A stretch of 64,000 nt of DNA, taken from positions 42,408,001-42,472,000 of the forward strand of contig OX597825.1 in NCBI GenBank assembly GCA_951406725.2. Direction: 5' to 3'. The notes under the pieces are model-generated. The model did not search any database, was not told the DNA's origin, and saw nothing but the letters and a program-made list of their open reading frames with translations. Below, in pieces: positions 13,400-26,534 of the stretch. Made by a program: the position numbers and the translations under genes. Position 1 is the first letter of the stretch. The number at the start of each line of letters is the position of its first letter. Source of the stretch: Octopus vulgaris. Taxonomy: Eukaryota.

Positions 13400-14160
13400 T
13401 TGATAAATTGGTCATCTTGAGGTCTAGGTCTTTGTCTTTTTCACAGGCCCCACCCCAGAAGTAATCAATTATTATATAGATGATTATATCAACAATACCC
13501 CCACTTGCCAGTGAACATTTAACCACCTTCATTGCCTTTCTTAATTTCTACCACTCAGCTTTAGATTAACATCTTCCTGCCTTATAACCTCTGTTATCAT
13601 TCATAACATCTGTTTGATTTACCCTCACAGCTGTTGTACAATATTTTACAAATATACTGACTTCTATTCCTACCTCAGTTTCATCAGGTCTCACACAACT
13701 TTCATCAAATCAACTATTGCTTTGCTTCTGCAATCTCTGTAACCAAAACTTCTGTCACATCAAATGGTCTGCTGCTTCATATACAGTTGCTTCAAACCAG
13801 TTCTCAATACTGATTGCCAATGCACCTTAGCCATTAACCATACCAGGCTCGTCTACTTCACACCAATTCTGTCACAAATCACAAATTGTCATTCATTTCC
13901 ATGACCTTCCATTCTGTCATCTACCCTTCAGCACACTATGCTGTGACAATATCTTTATTGCCTCCAATCCAACACTATTTTCCCACATTTTCTCTTAACA
14001 CTATCTTTTTTCTTTCAAATGTGTAGGAATCTAGACATTTTAGTCTTAGTTGCAGCACTTGTCCTTTCACAAAGAACATCACTATCTTACACAAATTTCA
14101 GTCACCTATCCATAGAATGGACTACTTCATCTACACCTCCCAATATATCATCCCCTGTAA
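13400..14160 (+). mobile_element. Highly decayed Penelope-like fragment
   Basis: YIDD-encoding tatatagatgat at ~13473 and a CSTCPF..DYFIYTSQYI remnant resembling the Cys-rich start of the GIY-YIG region at ~14050-14150. Confidence 0.35.
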
Positions 14161-14214
14161 CAAATATGAACTTTTCTATAGAGTGAAAAACTATTTGGAA
14201 GTTGATCAATCATT

Positions 14215-14350
14215 TTAGTGGACTAAATTCACCACAAGGCTTCAGTCAGCAGAAGACACTTGCCTTAGGTGCCATGCTGTGGGACTGAACTCAAAATCAT
14301 GTGATTTGGAAGCAAACCTCTTACCAGGCAGCCACATCTGCAACTACAGC
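14215..14350 (-). mobile_element. tRNA-SINE family B fragment
   Basis: Reverse complement of the head seen at 17357 (gagttcagtcccacag...ggcaagtgtcttct). Confidence 0.65.
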
Positions 14351-15599
14351 CATGTCTGTGCCTAATCAATTAATGAAAATAATTTCTACAGTGGCAATGA
14401 TGTTATGTTTCAGCTAAGACCAATTTTGTACTTTTTGATATATTGTTGATGTGGTAATAAGTCAGAATAACTATAAATCAAGGTTAGTTTTTAAAATTTT
14501 ACAATATTCTAACACTTCTTAATTGTGGTGGAATACAATTTCATTGTTCTGACCTCATAGTACTAATTAAGAATTGAATTGCCTTGAGAATACACTTGCT
14601 AACTATTCATTTATTACATTTAGAGAGGCTGATTAATATAACTTTGAAGCTGGAGAGGAGAATGAGAACTAACCATTAATAACTGTACAGCAATTGCTAA
14701 GGTTGGGTGGTTTATATGGCATTCCAATTTTAACAGGGAAGACCAGTTTCTTTGATGATATTTTCTTAGAATTTTGATGGTGTTTTTTTATATGTTTTAG
14801 TAATGATATTTTAGTTATGGTATTTATTGAGTTTAGAGCAGTGCATTGTGGTGTTTATTTGACATATTTTCTTAATTTTTCCTGCCAGTATATGTATGCT
14901 TGAAGATTGTAAAGTTTCATGAAATTATTAAGGTTATTTTGAAAAGAAGTAAGTATTGTAACAAAATCTTACCTTTATCAAGTTGATGACATGATTTCTG
15001 CAAGTTTCTTAAATTTTAATATACAAATTACATTTTTGTTCTGGTTATGATACTTTCTCATTTAAATTCATATTAGTGTTGCAGTAATCCATTTCTCATA
15101 GAAGGATTTCCACCACATGGGATTTATTAAGCTGTTTTATTTTTCTTATTTTTTTTATTTGTCATTATCAATTTTTTTCTCTAATGAAGCCTATGATATA
15201 GAATTTCACAAATGGTATGTGTAAAATCTCCAATGAATGAAGGAGAATATTCTTTTCCACCTTCAACTGTTTATTCTCACTTGACAAATAGGGCTCAACA
15301 GGAATAAAGTGGATATGTATTTATTCTTACAGATAAAAGAAAAAGTACTCAATACATAAGCTAGAGTCTATATTTATTAGGAAACAGTTGATGTTTCATT
15401 CCATTGTTACTCAGAGCTTTATGTGTGTGAGATACAGGTATACTGAATCAACTGATACTTGGGGAATAGATGAATAGCATGTCCTTGTGCATGAACTAAG
15501 CTAATTCTCATTGTTTGAAGTGGGACAGTAGTTAAATATGTAACAGATGGACTGCTAAAATATTACAGAAAACCCTCAACTAAGGTAAAATATCTTCAG

Positions 15600-16400
15600 G
15601 CTACAAAGAAATTTTTATGAAGATGACTAAGTGATAATATCACGTTTTTCCAGCAAAGTGATATTACTAAATGTTTCAAATACCCAAAACATTTCAGTTA
15701 AGCTTTACCTCAAAAGTTTTAATCAATTAAAGTAGGAAGTAGTTTGATGCTCCATTTGGAGTATATATGAGCTCATAGTTTCTGGGTTTCCAATCAAACT
15801 GTGAAAAGCTATGGAGTTGTTTTCCATGACTCTTGGACTAAATGACTGAAGGTGCTGATAACATTTTCATGTGTTCACTATGTACCTTTAAAATTCCTCT
15901 CAATACTGCCTGGATGTCACAGATGTGCCAAATGTACTCATATATACAAGATACTCTGATCGGATAAATAAGATGGTTCCAGAATTGAAATGCATTGATA
16001 CAGTTATTAAGAAGTTAAGAAATTTCCAAGTATTGAAAGTAAACATTCTTGTAGGTTCAATCAGTTCTGTATAGTGGACATTTCTTTATTTTATGTTAAA
16101 TTCCTTCTGTTGTGATTAGTGATATTTAAACATCAGGACAATATAGAACTTTGTGAATGGGATTTGTCAGAATGTGTTGAACCACTGAAAGGAACATTTC
16201 AGTACACTCTTAAAAAAGAATTCAACTACTACAGAAGATTTTCTTCCAAATGTGACCCAACATCCAATACAATCTTGGAAGTCAGCTTCACAAAAATTTA
16301 CAGAATATAAGCAAGGAAAGTAGTCAGGCTGGACCAATTCTCACTGGAACTCGTTTATAGTGAAGACTTGTCTTGAAAAACAAGTCTTCTTAGTCTTATT
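15600..16400 (+). mobile_element. Possible decayed DNA-transposon transposase (Sola-like)
   Basis: Fragmentary FYEDD..SR motif and Cys-rich remnants in broken frames. Weak recall-based match. Confidence 0.25.
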
Positions 16401-17356
16401 TTTGCTAGAAGCCTTGTTCAATCATCACCTCCTAGTCATCACTTATATATACAAAAATAATCCATTCAAAATAATAAGTAGGATACATTTTAAAATAAAA
16501 TAATAATCCTAATATACTTTGTATTGGATCACAGAGCGATGGGTCACTGCGTGATGATGAGTGCTTGGTTCATTCAACTGAACTACATAATCATTGAATT
16601 AGATGTCACTGAGCATTCAACTCCCACTTTTTATGAACCCTGTTTTGTAATATCCCCTTCTTCTGCTGCCCTTATGGCAAATGAAAAAAATCATCATTAT
16701 CATTATTATTTACAAACTTAAGCAATCGTCCACTAAAATTCCAAATAAACTTTCACATTATTATCAGTAAGTAATCTGTAAATAATTTAAAAGAAAAGAA
16801 AGAAAAATAAACCTTGTCTAATTCTATGGGATGATTACTCTTAAGTAATTTCAAGATATCTATTTGTTACTAATAACTAGCCAATATCTACTAAAATGGA
16901 GCTTATCTGAAAATTATATTTCAGTCTATTTCTGTATCAATAATCAACAGATAGGTTTTCCTAAACATGTTTCAAATATTTTGTAATTAAGTTTGGTGAC
17001 TTAGTAATCAGCAAGTCTACGCATTAGTAGCCACAGAGTCCAGTCTGGTTCAATCATGATAAACATGGCTTCCATCAAGATAGTGGAGACATTTGCTTTT
17101 ATTTAACTATCTTTCCAAATGTATAAACAAATGGTAGCTCTAAATATGTTATTAGGATATTATTTAACTTCATTTCAATATATCTTGGTAAAAACTTATG
17201 ATGAAGTTTACAAATACATATTTTCCATAATTTACATATACAAAGAGATATCTACATGCATATTCAGTTATATAGTGTGTGTCAATATGTATGTATGTTT
17301 ATGTGTGTGTGTCAATATGTATGTGTATATTTATAAAAAAAATATGTATATATGCA

Positions 17357-17710
17357 TAGGCTTAGCTGTGTAGTAAGAAATTTGCTTCCGAACCACATGG
17401 TTCTGAGTTCAGTCCCACAGTGTTGAACCTTGGGCAAGTGTCTTCTACTATATGTAGCCCTCTACTGACCAATATCTTGTGAGTAGATTTTGTTAATGGA
17501 AACTGAAAGAAACCCATCATAAATATATATCTATGTGCATGTGTGTGTCTGTTTGTCCCCCATCACTGTTTACAATCGGTGTTGGTGTGTTTGCATCTCT
17601 GTAACTTAGCAGATAGAATAAGTACTGGAGTTAGTTCATTTGACTAAAACTTCTTCAGTGTTGTGTTCCACAGCATGGCTACAGTCAACTGAGTGAAACA
17701 AATTAAAGAT
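17357..17710 (+). mobile_element. tRNA-SINE family B
   Basis: ggcttagctgtgtagtaag (A-box-like), gagttcagtccc (B-box-like), an internal TA/TG tract and a 3' cagcatggctacagtc...tgaaaca tail. Confidence 0.7.
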
Positions 17711-17760
17711 TAAAAATATATTACAAATAGATACACATATATGCATATATACATATACAT

Positions 17761-17795
<35 letters not shown>

Positions 17796-17804
17796 ATTAA
17801 TTAA

Positions 17805-17940
17805 AAAAATGGAGAAAAAGACAAGAAAAAACAACAATGTGAGGATGTGATATAAACAAAATATTGGTATGGGTTATTTCCCTTCATCAGCACAGAATTA
17901 CTGTTCATTGAGAGATTTACAAATAGTAATTTTCTAATAT
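17805..17940 (-). mobile_element. Penelope pLTR-like fragment with a truncated hammerhead half
   Basis: Minus strand CTGATGA-A-GGG-aaataa-CCC (17871-17890) lacks the downstream GAAA. The flank resembles the reverse complement of 21460-21530. Confidence 0.45.
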
Positions 17941-17948
17941 ATATATAA

Positions 17949-18000
<52 letters not shown>

Positions 18001-18148
18001 CATATGTATAGATATATACTTATATATAGTTGAAATTTACAGAAAAACACTTATATAATACTTATATAGACATTCATATGTCTTGCATATGCATGCACAG
18101 GTATATTTTTTATTCTTACTGGATTTGAGGCAGTGCCCATGGCCTTTA

Positions 18149-19045
18149 TGAGGTGGGTATCCAAAAGCAAGTAGAAACGTTCTGTAGGTAAAAGCCTATT
18201 GTTGTTCAGGCTTCCGCTGCTAGAAGCCACTTGATGAGATCCTCAGGCACCAGTCTGCTGACCAGCATTTTCCAGTAAGGTCATACTGCTACATGGTGTA
18301 TCTTTGTTTTGCAGTGCTTCTGCCCAGTTTGTCGATTTTTGTGATCGTTGGGGTGAAGGAACAGCATGCTTCTGTGAAATTCTGTTTTCTGCTGAGAAAA
18401 ACAGTGGCTGAAATAGTTGTCATTCTTCATATAGCTTACAAGGCCACTGCCATGAGCAAAACATAAGTTTATGAGTGGTTTCCACTCTTTAGAAATGGTC
18501 ACTTAATGATTGAGGACCAACCTCGTTCAGAGTAACCATCAACCTCCTGAACGAATGAAAACATCATGAAAATTCATGAACTGATCATGGAGACCTGTCA
18601 CCTAACAACAATTGACAAACTTTGGTGTGTCCTGGACCTCCTGCCGACATATTTTGAGCAAGGAATTGTGAATGAAAAGAGTTGCAGTAAAATTTGTAGC
18701 TTGCTTGCTCGTGGAAGGTCAAAAGCAGTCACAACTGAATGCATGTTGTGAACTGAAAGAACAGCTAGAAGTTGATCCAGACCACTTTTTGAAGGTCATC
18801 ACTGGTGACAAAAGCTGGTGCTATGGAATTTGCAGATGTGGAAGAGGTGAAGAAAAAACAATGGAGGCATTAAAAGGTATCACTTCACAAGAACTCCAGC
18901 ACTGCTCCAAACAGTGGAAAATGCATATGCACTGAAGCATTGTTTCAAATGAAAAGTACTTTGAAGGTGATAAAAGTGAAAATATGTAAAAGTAAGTGAA
19001 TAAAATAATATTGCAAAATTCTGGTTTCTTTTGGGTACCCCCTCA
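18149..19045 (+). mobile_element. Internally deleted mariner element
   Basis: TIRs tgaggtgggtatccaaaag / cttttgggtaccccctca flanked by TA. Encodes MKRVAVKFV..KVITGDKSWCYG joined directly to the C-terminal region ending KYFEGD. Confidence 0.9.
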
Positions 19046-19463
19046 TATAAGCAATTCTAGATTGGTTTATATTGATGCTAATAATGTCAATATCTGCAAG
19101 GACAATAAGGCAGGGGATTCAAGATGGTTGATATTCTGTGAAGGAAGAACTAGGTGCTGCAATTGGAGCAGAATATGTGTAGGATGGAAAGAGCATTTGT
19201 GATGAGCAAAGAAAATATGAATTGGATGGAGATGGCTTGAACCCACACAACTCTGGGAAGTAGAGACGATTACAGTAATAGTAGAAAAGGACAAGAGAGA
19301 AAATAACACGCATGTGGGTCAGAGGCTTGTTTGTGTGTGCGCTTGACTTTATGCCAAACATTTAGGTGGTTACTATCTAGAAGCAGTTTGTGTGTAATAT
19401 TGCAGCACCACCCTAGATAGGAGAGCAACACTCCATTGTGGGCTTTATTTGAATAATGCAAAG

Positions 19464-19684
19464 TAGTGGCTCTCAACTATTTTTTGCCTATGGACCCCTT
19501 TGATTTCTATTTTAATCAGGCAAGGGAATCCTCATAGCTATTCAATGTCTAAAAACTCCTGTTATCTTTTTGACTGAATATTTTTAGGAATGGTATAGAA
19601 AAATGTGTAAATATTTTGTGCATTGTAGAAATATAACCAGTTTATTGCACAAAATTTCCACATGGACCCGGTTGAGAACCACTG
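19464..19684. mobile_element. hAT/Charlie-type MITE
   Basis: TIRs tagtggctctcaac / gttgagaaccactg with imperfect 8-bp flanks atgcaaag/atgtagaa. Confidence 0.6.
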
Positions 19685-19749
19685 ATGTAGAATATCAATA
19701 ATTGCTAGGAGTAGAAATATTTTATAGCCCTGAAGAAAAGGACCAGTTT

Positions 19750-20235
19750 TTGATGATGAATTTTGCCATCAGAGAATCCTGATGAGAGTGAAATAGAACT
19801 AATGTGATTTTCAGGCCTCTGGCTGAGGGCTATTTATGATTAAAGGTGAGTTGTATGATGATGTTTTGTGAATATGAGTTGTATCTCTGTTACCTTGCTA
19901 TCAAATGAGACAGGTGTGATATATCTCCAATGGTGGATACATTTGGAGTTTCTGTTCATCGAGTCAGGGTATGTCTGTCATATGTTTAGATTATAAATGA
20001 ATAATGAAGTGATGGAAAACATTGGGAAAGTATAAAGTTTAGTTTTATATGCATAAGAATGAATGTCACTGGATGTGGTGGTAAGTAAGTCATTGATGTA
20101 TAGAAAGATGATAAGATAAGGGACAAAACTGCATCCTGGGGCATGCCAAAGTTGATAAAAACAAGGGCAGAAAGGTGTCCATCAACACACATGAAAACAG
20201 TGCAATTTGCTTGGAAGCAGAGATGTAGGGTGGAA
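19750..20235 (-). mobile_element. CR1/Jockey-group LINE RT fragment
   Basis: VDGHLSALVFINFGMPQDAVLSLIL corresponds to the GVPQGSVLSP motif, followed by a frameshifted IHSYA remnant. Confidence 0.6.
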
Positions 20236-20288
20236 TATATTGTTACCAGTTTAAATAAACTATACATACATACATATGTATGTATATG

Positions 20289-20333
<45 letters not shown>

Positions 20334-21329
20334 AAAATTAGAGATAAAACCACTATTGTGCAACTCAAACAGTGATAGACATAAACCAATACATAAATAA
20401 CCAATATATATATAATGTTTTTTTTTTAAATATATAACTTATAACTAGATCTCAAAAGGTATAAAATCAATGATAAATATATAATATAATACACTAAAGT
20501 AAGCACATAAATGTGAAACAGGGTGGGAAAAAATAGTACTCGAATACTGGAAGTAGAGTGTGATATATTTAATTATTATTAAAGCAGAGAAAGACAGACA
20601 GAAGGAGAAAGCGAAAGAGAGATTCAAGCATAGATCTTTTAATTCTAGCGACTATTTGAAAGAGGAAGCAGCTTTGCAACTTTAAAAAAATGCATATTTC
20701 TTTCAAAACAAAAGAAAAAATATGTGATGGTGCAGATATTAGATGCAGAGGGACAAAGTAAAACTTTCAAAATAGCAGATAACTAAATATGTTATTCTTT
20801 CTATATTTTCACTATTTCTTCTGGCAGTAACCATACAGGGAACAAAGTTTGCATGGAAAGTATGTAGCATTATACAGACAGTATTTTGGACCAAACTTAA
20901 CTAGCGAAATGAAGCTAAAGATCATAGGGTCAGACTGTAAATGTTTGGATTATTAACTTTACAGTAGATAAGATGTGTATGTCTTTGAGTGTGTGTGTGT
21001 GCTTGAGCGTGTGCATGTGTATGAGTGTGTGTGTGTGTCTGTGTGTGTGTGTGCTTGAGTGTGTGCATGTGTATGAGTGTGTGTGATATTGCATTTAATG
21101 CTTACTGTAAATATGAATGTAAGAATATATGAAAATAATTGTGATGAAGATGAGGATAATCATAATCATCATCATCATCATCATTATTATTTGCATTGAA
21201 CAGGAAACAGACCAAGTCAGTACTTAATGGATGCCACAATGCTCATAGACTAATGTCCATACATTTCATGATAGCTTGCTTTCTATGGCTGGATGCCATT
21301 TTCTGACCAATTACATAGTGGGTGTTTTT

Positions 21330-21537
21330 GACCGCGTGTGTACCGTTGGTGATTTTTTTTCCCTCCGTCTTCCCTTCTCTGGATCTTTCCTTTTCCTATG
21401 TTTCTGACAAAGAGCTCTGCTCAAAACGTAAAACCCTCCTTCTTACCTTCCTTCCTGAGCATCCAATAATACTATAGTTGTTCCACGTCCTCGCGTTGTT
21501 GTATTTTCTCTTTGTGTTTTCATGTTTGGATTAACTT
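21330..21537 (+). mobile_element. Penelope pLTR-like fragment carrying a decayed minimal hammerhead
   Basis: Contains the motif at 21400-21434 and ends in a TA run. Confidence 0.55.
21400..21434 (+). ncRNA. Decayed minimal type I hammerhead ribozyme motif
   Basis: GTTT-CTGACAA-A-GAGC-tct-GCTC-AAAA-CG-TA-AAAC. Two CpG-type G>A changes separate it from CTGACGA...GAAA; helix III is the palindrome ACGT. Confidence 0.6.
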
Positions 21538-21562
21538 TATATATATATATATATATATATAT

Positions 21563-24500
21563 CATCATAATCATCATAATAATCATCATTATTTAACATC
21601 CGTTTTCCATGCTACCATGGGTTGAACGGTTTGACCGGGGTCTGGGAAGCCAGGCGGCTGCACCAAGGCTACTGTCTGATCTGGCAGCGTTTTTATGGCT
21701 GGACGCCCATCCTAATGCCAACCACTCAGTGAATGTAGTGGGTGCTTTTAACATGCCATCAGCACAGGTATCACAACTACAATTTCAATTTGATTTTTTT
21801 TTTTATGTTGATGCACTTGACTCAATAGGTCTCCTCAAGTACAGCAGGCCATCCTGCAATCCAAGACACTTTGGATGGGCTAGGGCTTCTAAGCGAAGCT
21901 GGTGCAGGAAACAGCCATGAACTCACGTTATTTGTCGGGTCTTTGCAGTCACAGCATATCTCCAGAGGTCTCAGACTTTTGTCATTGCCTCTGTGAGACC
22001 CAACATTCGATGGTCATGCTTGACCACCTCATCCCATGTCTTCCTGGGTCTAGCTCTACTCCAGATTCCTTCAATTGTTTGGGAGTGGCACTTCTTCACA
22101 CACCTTTCCTCATCCATCCGTAGTACATGACCATACAAACACAGACATCTCTCTTGCATGCCACATCCAATGCTTCTTATGTCCAGCATTTCTCTCAGGG
22201 CACTTACACTCTGTCGTGTATGCACACTGACATTACACATCCAACGGATCATGCTAGCTTCATTTCTTTCAAGCCTACGCATGTCCTCTGCAGTCACAGC
22301 CCATGTTTCACTGCCGTCAAGCATGGCAGTTTGCACACATGCATCATACAATCTACCTTTCACTCTGAGTGAGAGACCCTTTGTCACCAGTAGGGGTAGG
22401 AGCATTCTAAACTTTGCCCAGGCTATTCTTATTCTAGTGGTAACACTCTCTGAGTATCCAGCCCCACTACTAACTTGGTCACCTAGGTAGCAGAAACTAT
22501 CAACTACTTCTAGTTTCTTCCCCAGGAGTGTAATGGAATCTGTTTTCTGAGTATTAATGGTGTCTATTGCACCTGGGCATCTGCCGCACATAAAAGCTAT
22601 CTTCTCGGTTAATTTTCCTTTGATGTTGCTGCACCACTTATGTGTCTATAGCTTACACTGGGTACATCTTATGGAGTTTCTACTTACACCTTTTCTACAA
22701 ATCGAGCAGGGCCACCTGCCTGAAGAGGTGTGTGGTGTGTTTGCCTTCCTACTTACGAGAACTTTGGTCTTTGCTACATTGACTCTAAGGCCTTTTGATT
22801 CTAAACCTAGCTTCCACACCCGAAATTCCTTTTCTAGTTTCGGTTGTGATTCTGCTATGAGGGCCAGGTCATCAGCATAGAGGAGCTCCCAGGGGGCAAC
22901 CCGTCTTGAATTCCTCTGTTATTGCCCGGAGGACTATGATGAATAAAAGGGGACTGAGGGCTGAACCTTGGTGGACCCTCTACTTCTACCCGGAATTCTT
23001 CACTATACTCATTGCCAATCCTAACCTTGCTGACGGCCTCTCTGTATAGGGCCTGTACAGCCCATATTAACCATTCATCATTCTCCAGTTTCCACATCGC
23101 CCACCAAATAAGGGATTGGGGGACCCTGTCAAAGGCTTTCTCCAAATCCATGGAAGCTATGTATAGGTGTTTATTTTTAGCTAGGTATTTCTCCTGCAGC
23201 TGTCGAACCAGGAATATGGCATCAGTGGTGCTTCTACCAGGCACAAAACCAAACTGCATCTCATCTAAGCAGACTCTCTCCCTAATGAGATGGACTATGA
23301 CCCACTCTGTGACCTTCATCACCTGATCCAACAGTTTAATACCCCTATAGTTATTTCTATCTAGAGCATCACCTTTACCCTTTTAGCAGTTGACTATGGC
23401 TCTGCTATGCCAGTCATTGGGTATGACTCCATTATGAACTACCTGGTTTACAATGCGGGTGAGTAGGCCATAACCCACACCACCAGATGGTTTAAGCATC
23501 TCAGCAGTGATTCCTGATGGGCCGGGGGCTTTTCCTGGTTTTATACCCTTAATTGTTTTATCTACTAGGGAGCTGTCTATTCGGATAGCTGGTCACTCTA
23601 CTGGGCCAACATTTGGCAGGCTCTCTTCCTCCCATTCATTCTCCACACTCAGCTGTCTCTCATAATGGCTTCTCCAAGCCTCTTTCTTTTCAGAAACATT
23701 GAACGCATCCATGCAGACACATTTCTCTCCTGTGACATCACAATTTTCTCTCACACACTGTCTAGCAATCTGAAATACCTCAGTTCTTTGGTTCTTACGT
23801 CGCTGGACATTGGCAAACTTCTTCTCTGCTTCACCCTTGGCTATGTATATCTGCCACCCAGCCTCCCTTCTGGCTACCTGGTACAGTTCCCTGCTACCCC
23901 CATCCCTCCAGGCTTTCTAGGCCTGTTTCTTTGCTCTAATGGCTTTGTTTACCATGCTATTCAACCACCACGTAACTCTAGGTCTGGAAGGGACTTTGCG
24001 CCAGCCACAGACTTGGTCTGTAGCACTCAGCAAGCTGTCCCGTAGGAATTTCCAGCTACCTTCTATGTCCGACGTCTGTAGCTCCTCCTCCTTCTCATCA
24101 AATTTCTTGATGAGTATGTCCCTAAATCTCTGACCATGTGAAGGGTTCTTTAACTTCCAAATCCTTCTTTTCTGGATTGATCTGCTTCTTGGTATCCTTC
24201 TGGCCTCGAGCCTAAAGTCACTAATGACTAGCCTATGCTTGGGGTACATTCTTCACCCAGGAGGGTCTTTGTATTTAAGAGCAACCCTGCATCCCGCTCT
24301 CTCGTGAGGATGAAATCAATCTGGCTAGCAGAGTCCCCTGACTGATAGGTTATAAGGTGGCTGTCTGGCTACCTGAAGTTAGTGTTGCAGATTAAAAGGT
24401 TACATGCATCACAGAACTCCAGTAGCCTAGTTCCCTCATCGTTTCGGGTGCCAATACCATGGCCACCATGTACCCCAGTGACGATAACCGATTCCTGCCC

Positions 24501-24902
24501 AACATGCCCATTAAATTCTCCCGCCACAAGGATGAGGTCATTTCCACTCGTCTTTGAGGTAGCCTGTAGAAGGGTATTATAAAAGTGGTCCTTCTGATCA
24601 TTTGGCAGCCCCGCATGTGGGACATAGGCGGAGATAATCGTAGCTGTGCCATTCTGTAGGATTAGCCTGAGCATAAGCACTCTATCGCATACCCTGACAA
24701 CCTCTCTGACCTCATCCACCCATTTCTCCGCAAGGAGTATGCCTACGCCCCCTACACCATCCATGTTACCATGCCAGAAGACTTTACACTTATGTGCCTT
24801 TCCTGTGAGGACCTTAGCTGAAGCACCTCTCCATCTTACCTCTTGTATGCAGCATACATCAACCCGTCTCCTTTCAAGCATCTCAACCCGTCTCCTGTCA
24901 AG

Positions 24903-24903
<1 letters not shown>
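21563..24903 (-). mobile_element. Near full-length RTE-clade LINE (APE endonuclease + RT), frameshifted
   Basis: APE motifs VDVCCIQEVRWRG and LILVAGEFNGHVG; RT motifs QFGFVPGRSTTDAIF, DLEKAFDRVP and WELLYADDL; C-terminal FCYLGD and MLDGSETW; (GAT/TAT)n tail at the 21563 end. Confidence 0.95.
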
Positions 24904-24944
<41 letters not shown>

Positions 24945-24946
<2 letters not shown>

Positions 24947-25130
24947 TGTTTTATATATGAATATGTTTATGTAAACGATGCATTTGAAGATAGGGGAAAT
25001 AGGTAATGGATGTATATGCATATTTCAAGAGTTATTGTTCCTTCTTCAGCACCACATCCAACCCATCAACTATCTATGAGCATATTGCTTAAATACCCAG
25101 AAAGTTTAATGGTGTAACACTAGTGGATAG
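24945..25130 (-). mobile_element. Hammerhead-bearing repeat unit, copy 1 (pLTR- or retrozyme-like)
   Basis: Direct repeat of 27748-27930; abuts the (TA)n run at 24905-24943. Confidence 0.75.
25009..25053 (-). ncRNA. Type I hammerhead ribozyme motif with intact core
   Basis: Minus strand GGTG-CTGAAGA-AGGAA-caataa-CTCTT-GAAA-TATGCATA-TA^CATC. Helix III region is the palindrome ATATGCATAT; cleavage triplet AUA. Confidence 0.75.
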
Positions 25131-25402
25131 TCCAATCTCTGTATTAAACTCATTCTTGGCAGCTGGTATGTAAATGTTAATTGCTAGCAAGGACTCAGTA
25201 TTTAATTTGTAACCATAATATACTACTAAGTACATTAATGGCTTGCAAGTCAATATTGTAACTTACTTTTGTGTTAGCAGTGTGATGTTTTCCTTTTGAA
25301 GTTCACCTCTTGTTGTGGCAGGTGAGAAGTAGGCTGGTCCACTACTAATAAAAAGTGGACCGACACAGTCAGTAATGTCAGTCAGTGAAGGCACACCATT
25401 CA

Positions 25403-26534
25403 GTGAACACCTGAGCCTCTGTATTAATTGCTTTTGTTTAAATCCTTGTGATTCTGTCATGTTTTCTTGTTTATGTAATTGTTGAAGGCTTAGTGCCTAT
25501 TGTTGAATTTTGTTGAAGACTGTTGCTGTTTTGCCTGCGGGCCTGTGTATTTAATTATTTCCTTCCCCCATTTAGGAGCAAAGAGACTTTGAGAAAATGA
25601 GTAGAGAACTGGAACGTGCCCATGCCAGGAGCTATGCTTTGGTGGCAGGAAGCCGTACTACTGTGACAAATGTGCTGGAGCTGCAGGAAGTGAAAATTGA
25701 AAGAGAGAAGTTGGAGAGTTGCAAGGAACTGATCCAGAAGGAGGGGTCAAGTTTAAGGTTAACCCTTCTAGAGGAAGTAACCAGCAGAATGAGAAGGACA
25801 GTGGTATTCAGTATGCTGTCTGTAACCAATAAGAAAATAGAGATGGCATCAGAGGAAGCCCTTGAGAAATGTGTGGAAGAAGTGAAGAGTGCTGCGACAT
25901 TCTACACTAGAGGGAGAAGATATAGCACTGTGAATGTGAGGTTTGCCACCAAAGAAGAGGCAATAAATCACTCCACTGTGCTGCTGAGATCACAAGAAAG
26001 GGTGTTCCTGCCGATCTATTGCAGCAAAAGAGTTGCAAGACTTAGGATTGGTAGGGTGCCACCTGAAATCAAAGAAGCTCAGCTGGTGGCAGCTATGATG
26101 TATAGAACCAAAGAAGTCACTAAGTTAATCCAAGCTGCAAGAACAAAGAAAATGAATTGATGGGGTACCGCCTGGAAATGGTTATACACCACCTTAAAGT
26201 ACATAGAAGAAGGGGAAGGACAGCAAAACAGAGGAGATATTACAGCAAGCACACAACACACAAGGTACACTTACACAGCATACATCTCCACCAGTAACAC
26301 CCCCTCCAAAAAAAGGAAAGTGCCCCAGATAGTCCAAGTTCACCTCATAGACAAGCAGACACAAGCACAGACAGGATGTAACCACTTGAGAGTGAGGCTC
26401 AGGTAGCCATTTCTATTTTATTATATAATTCATTCCCATCCATTCGTTTATGTTTTATGTCCCCACTTTGTATTGTATTGTCGGTCCTTTTGCTGTCCTT
26501 TCTGTGTAGGGCCCTAGTGGTCAATAAAGAAATG
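25403..26534 (+). mobile_element. Non-autonomous L1/Tx1-like element (ORF1 part + 3' UTR) nested in the 5' LTR
   Basis: Contains an ORF1-like reading frame and ends ...gtcaataaagaaat. Flanked by diverged ~25-bp duplications of LTR sequence (cagtcagtgaaggcacaccattcag / cagtcagcaaggtacgctgtttgg). Confidence 0.6.
25597..26160 (+). CDS. L1/Tx1-type ORF1-like protein fragment (RRM-like), transposon-derived
   Basis: 187-aa ORF with SYALVA, TVNVRFATKEEA and RLRIGRVPPEI motifs typical of non-LTR ORF1p. Confidence 0.55.
   Translation: MSRELERAHARSYALVAGSRTTVTNVLELQEVKIEREKLESCKELIQKEGSSLRLTLLEEVTSRMRRTVVFSMLSVTNKKIEMASEEALEKCVEEVKSAATFYTRGRRYSTVNVRFATKEEAINHSTVLLRSQERVFLPIYCSKRVARLRIGRVPPEIKEAQLVAAMMYRTKEVTKLIQAARTKKMN

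Noticed and set aside
14966-14996. Micro-exon with a strong AAG|GTAAGA donor on the minus strand
   Set aside because: Poor polypyrimidine tract, no linked exons, and expected by chance in AT-rich DNA.
22127-24945. Plus-strand ORFs overlapping the RTE element
   Set aside because: They are antisense shadows of the LINE reading frame.
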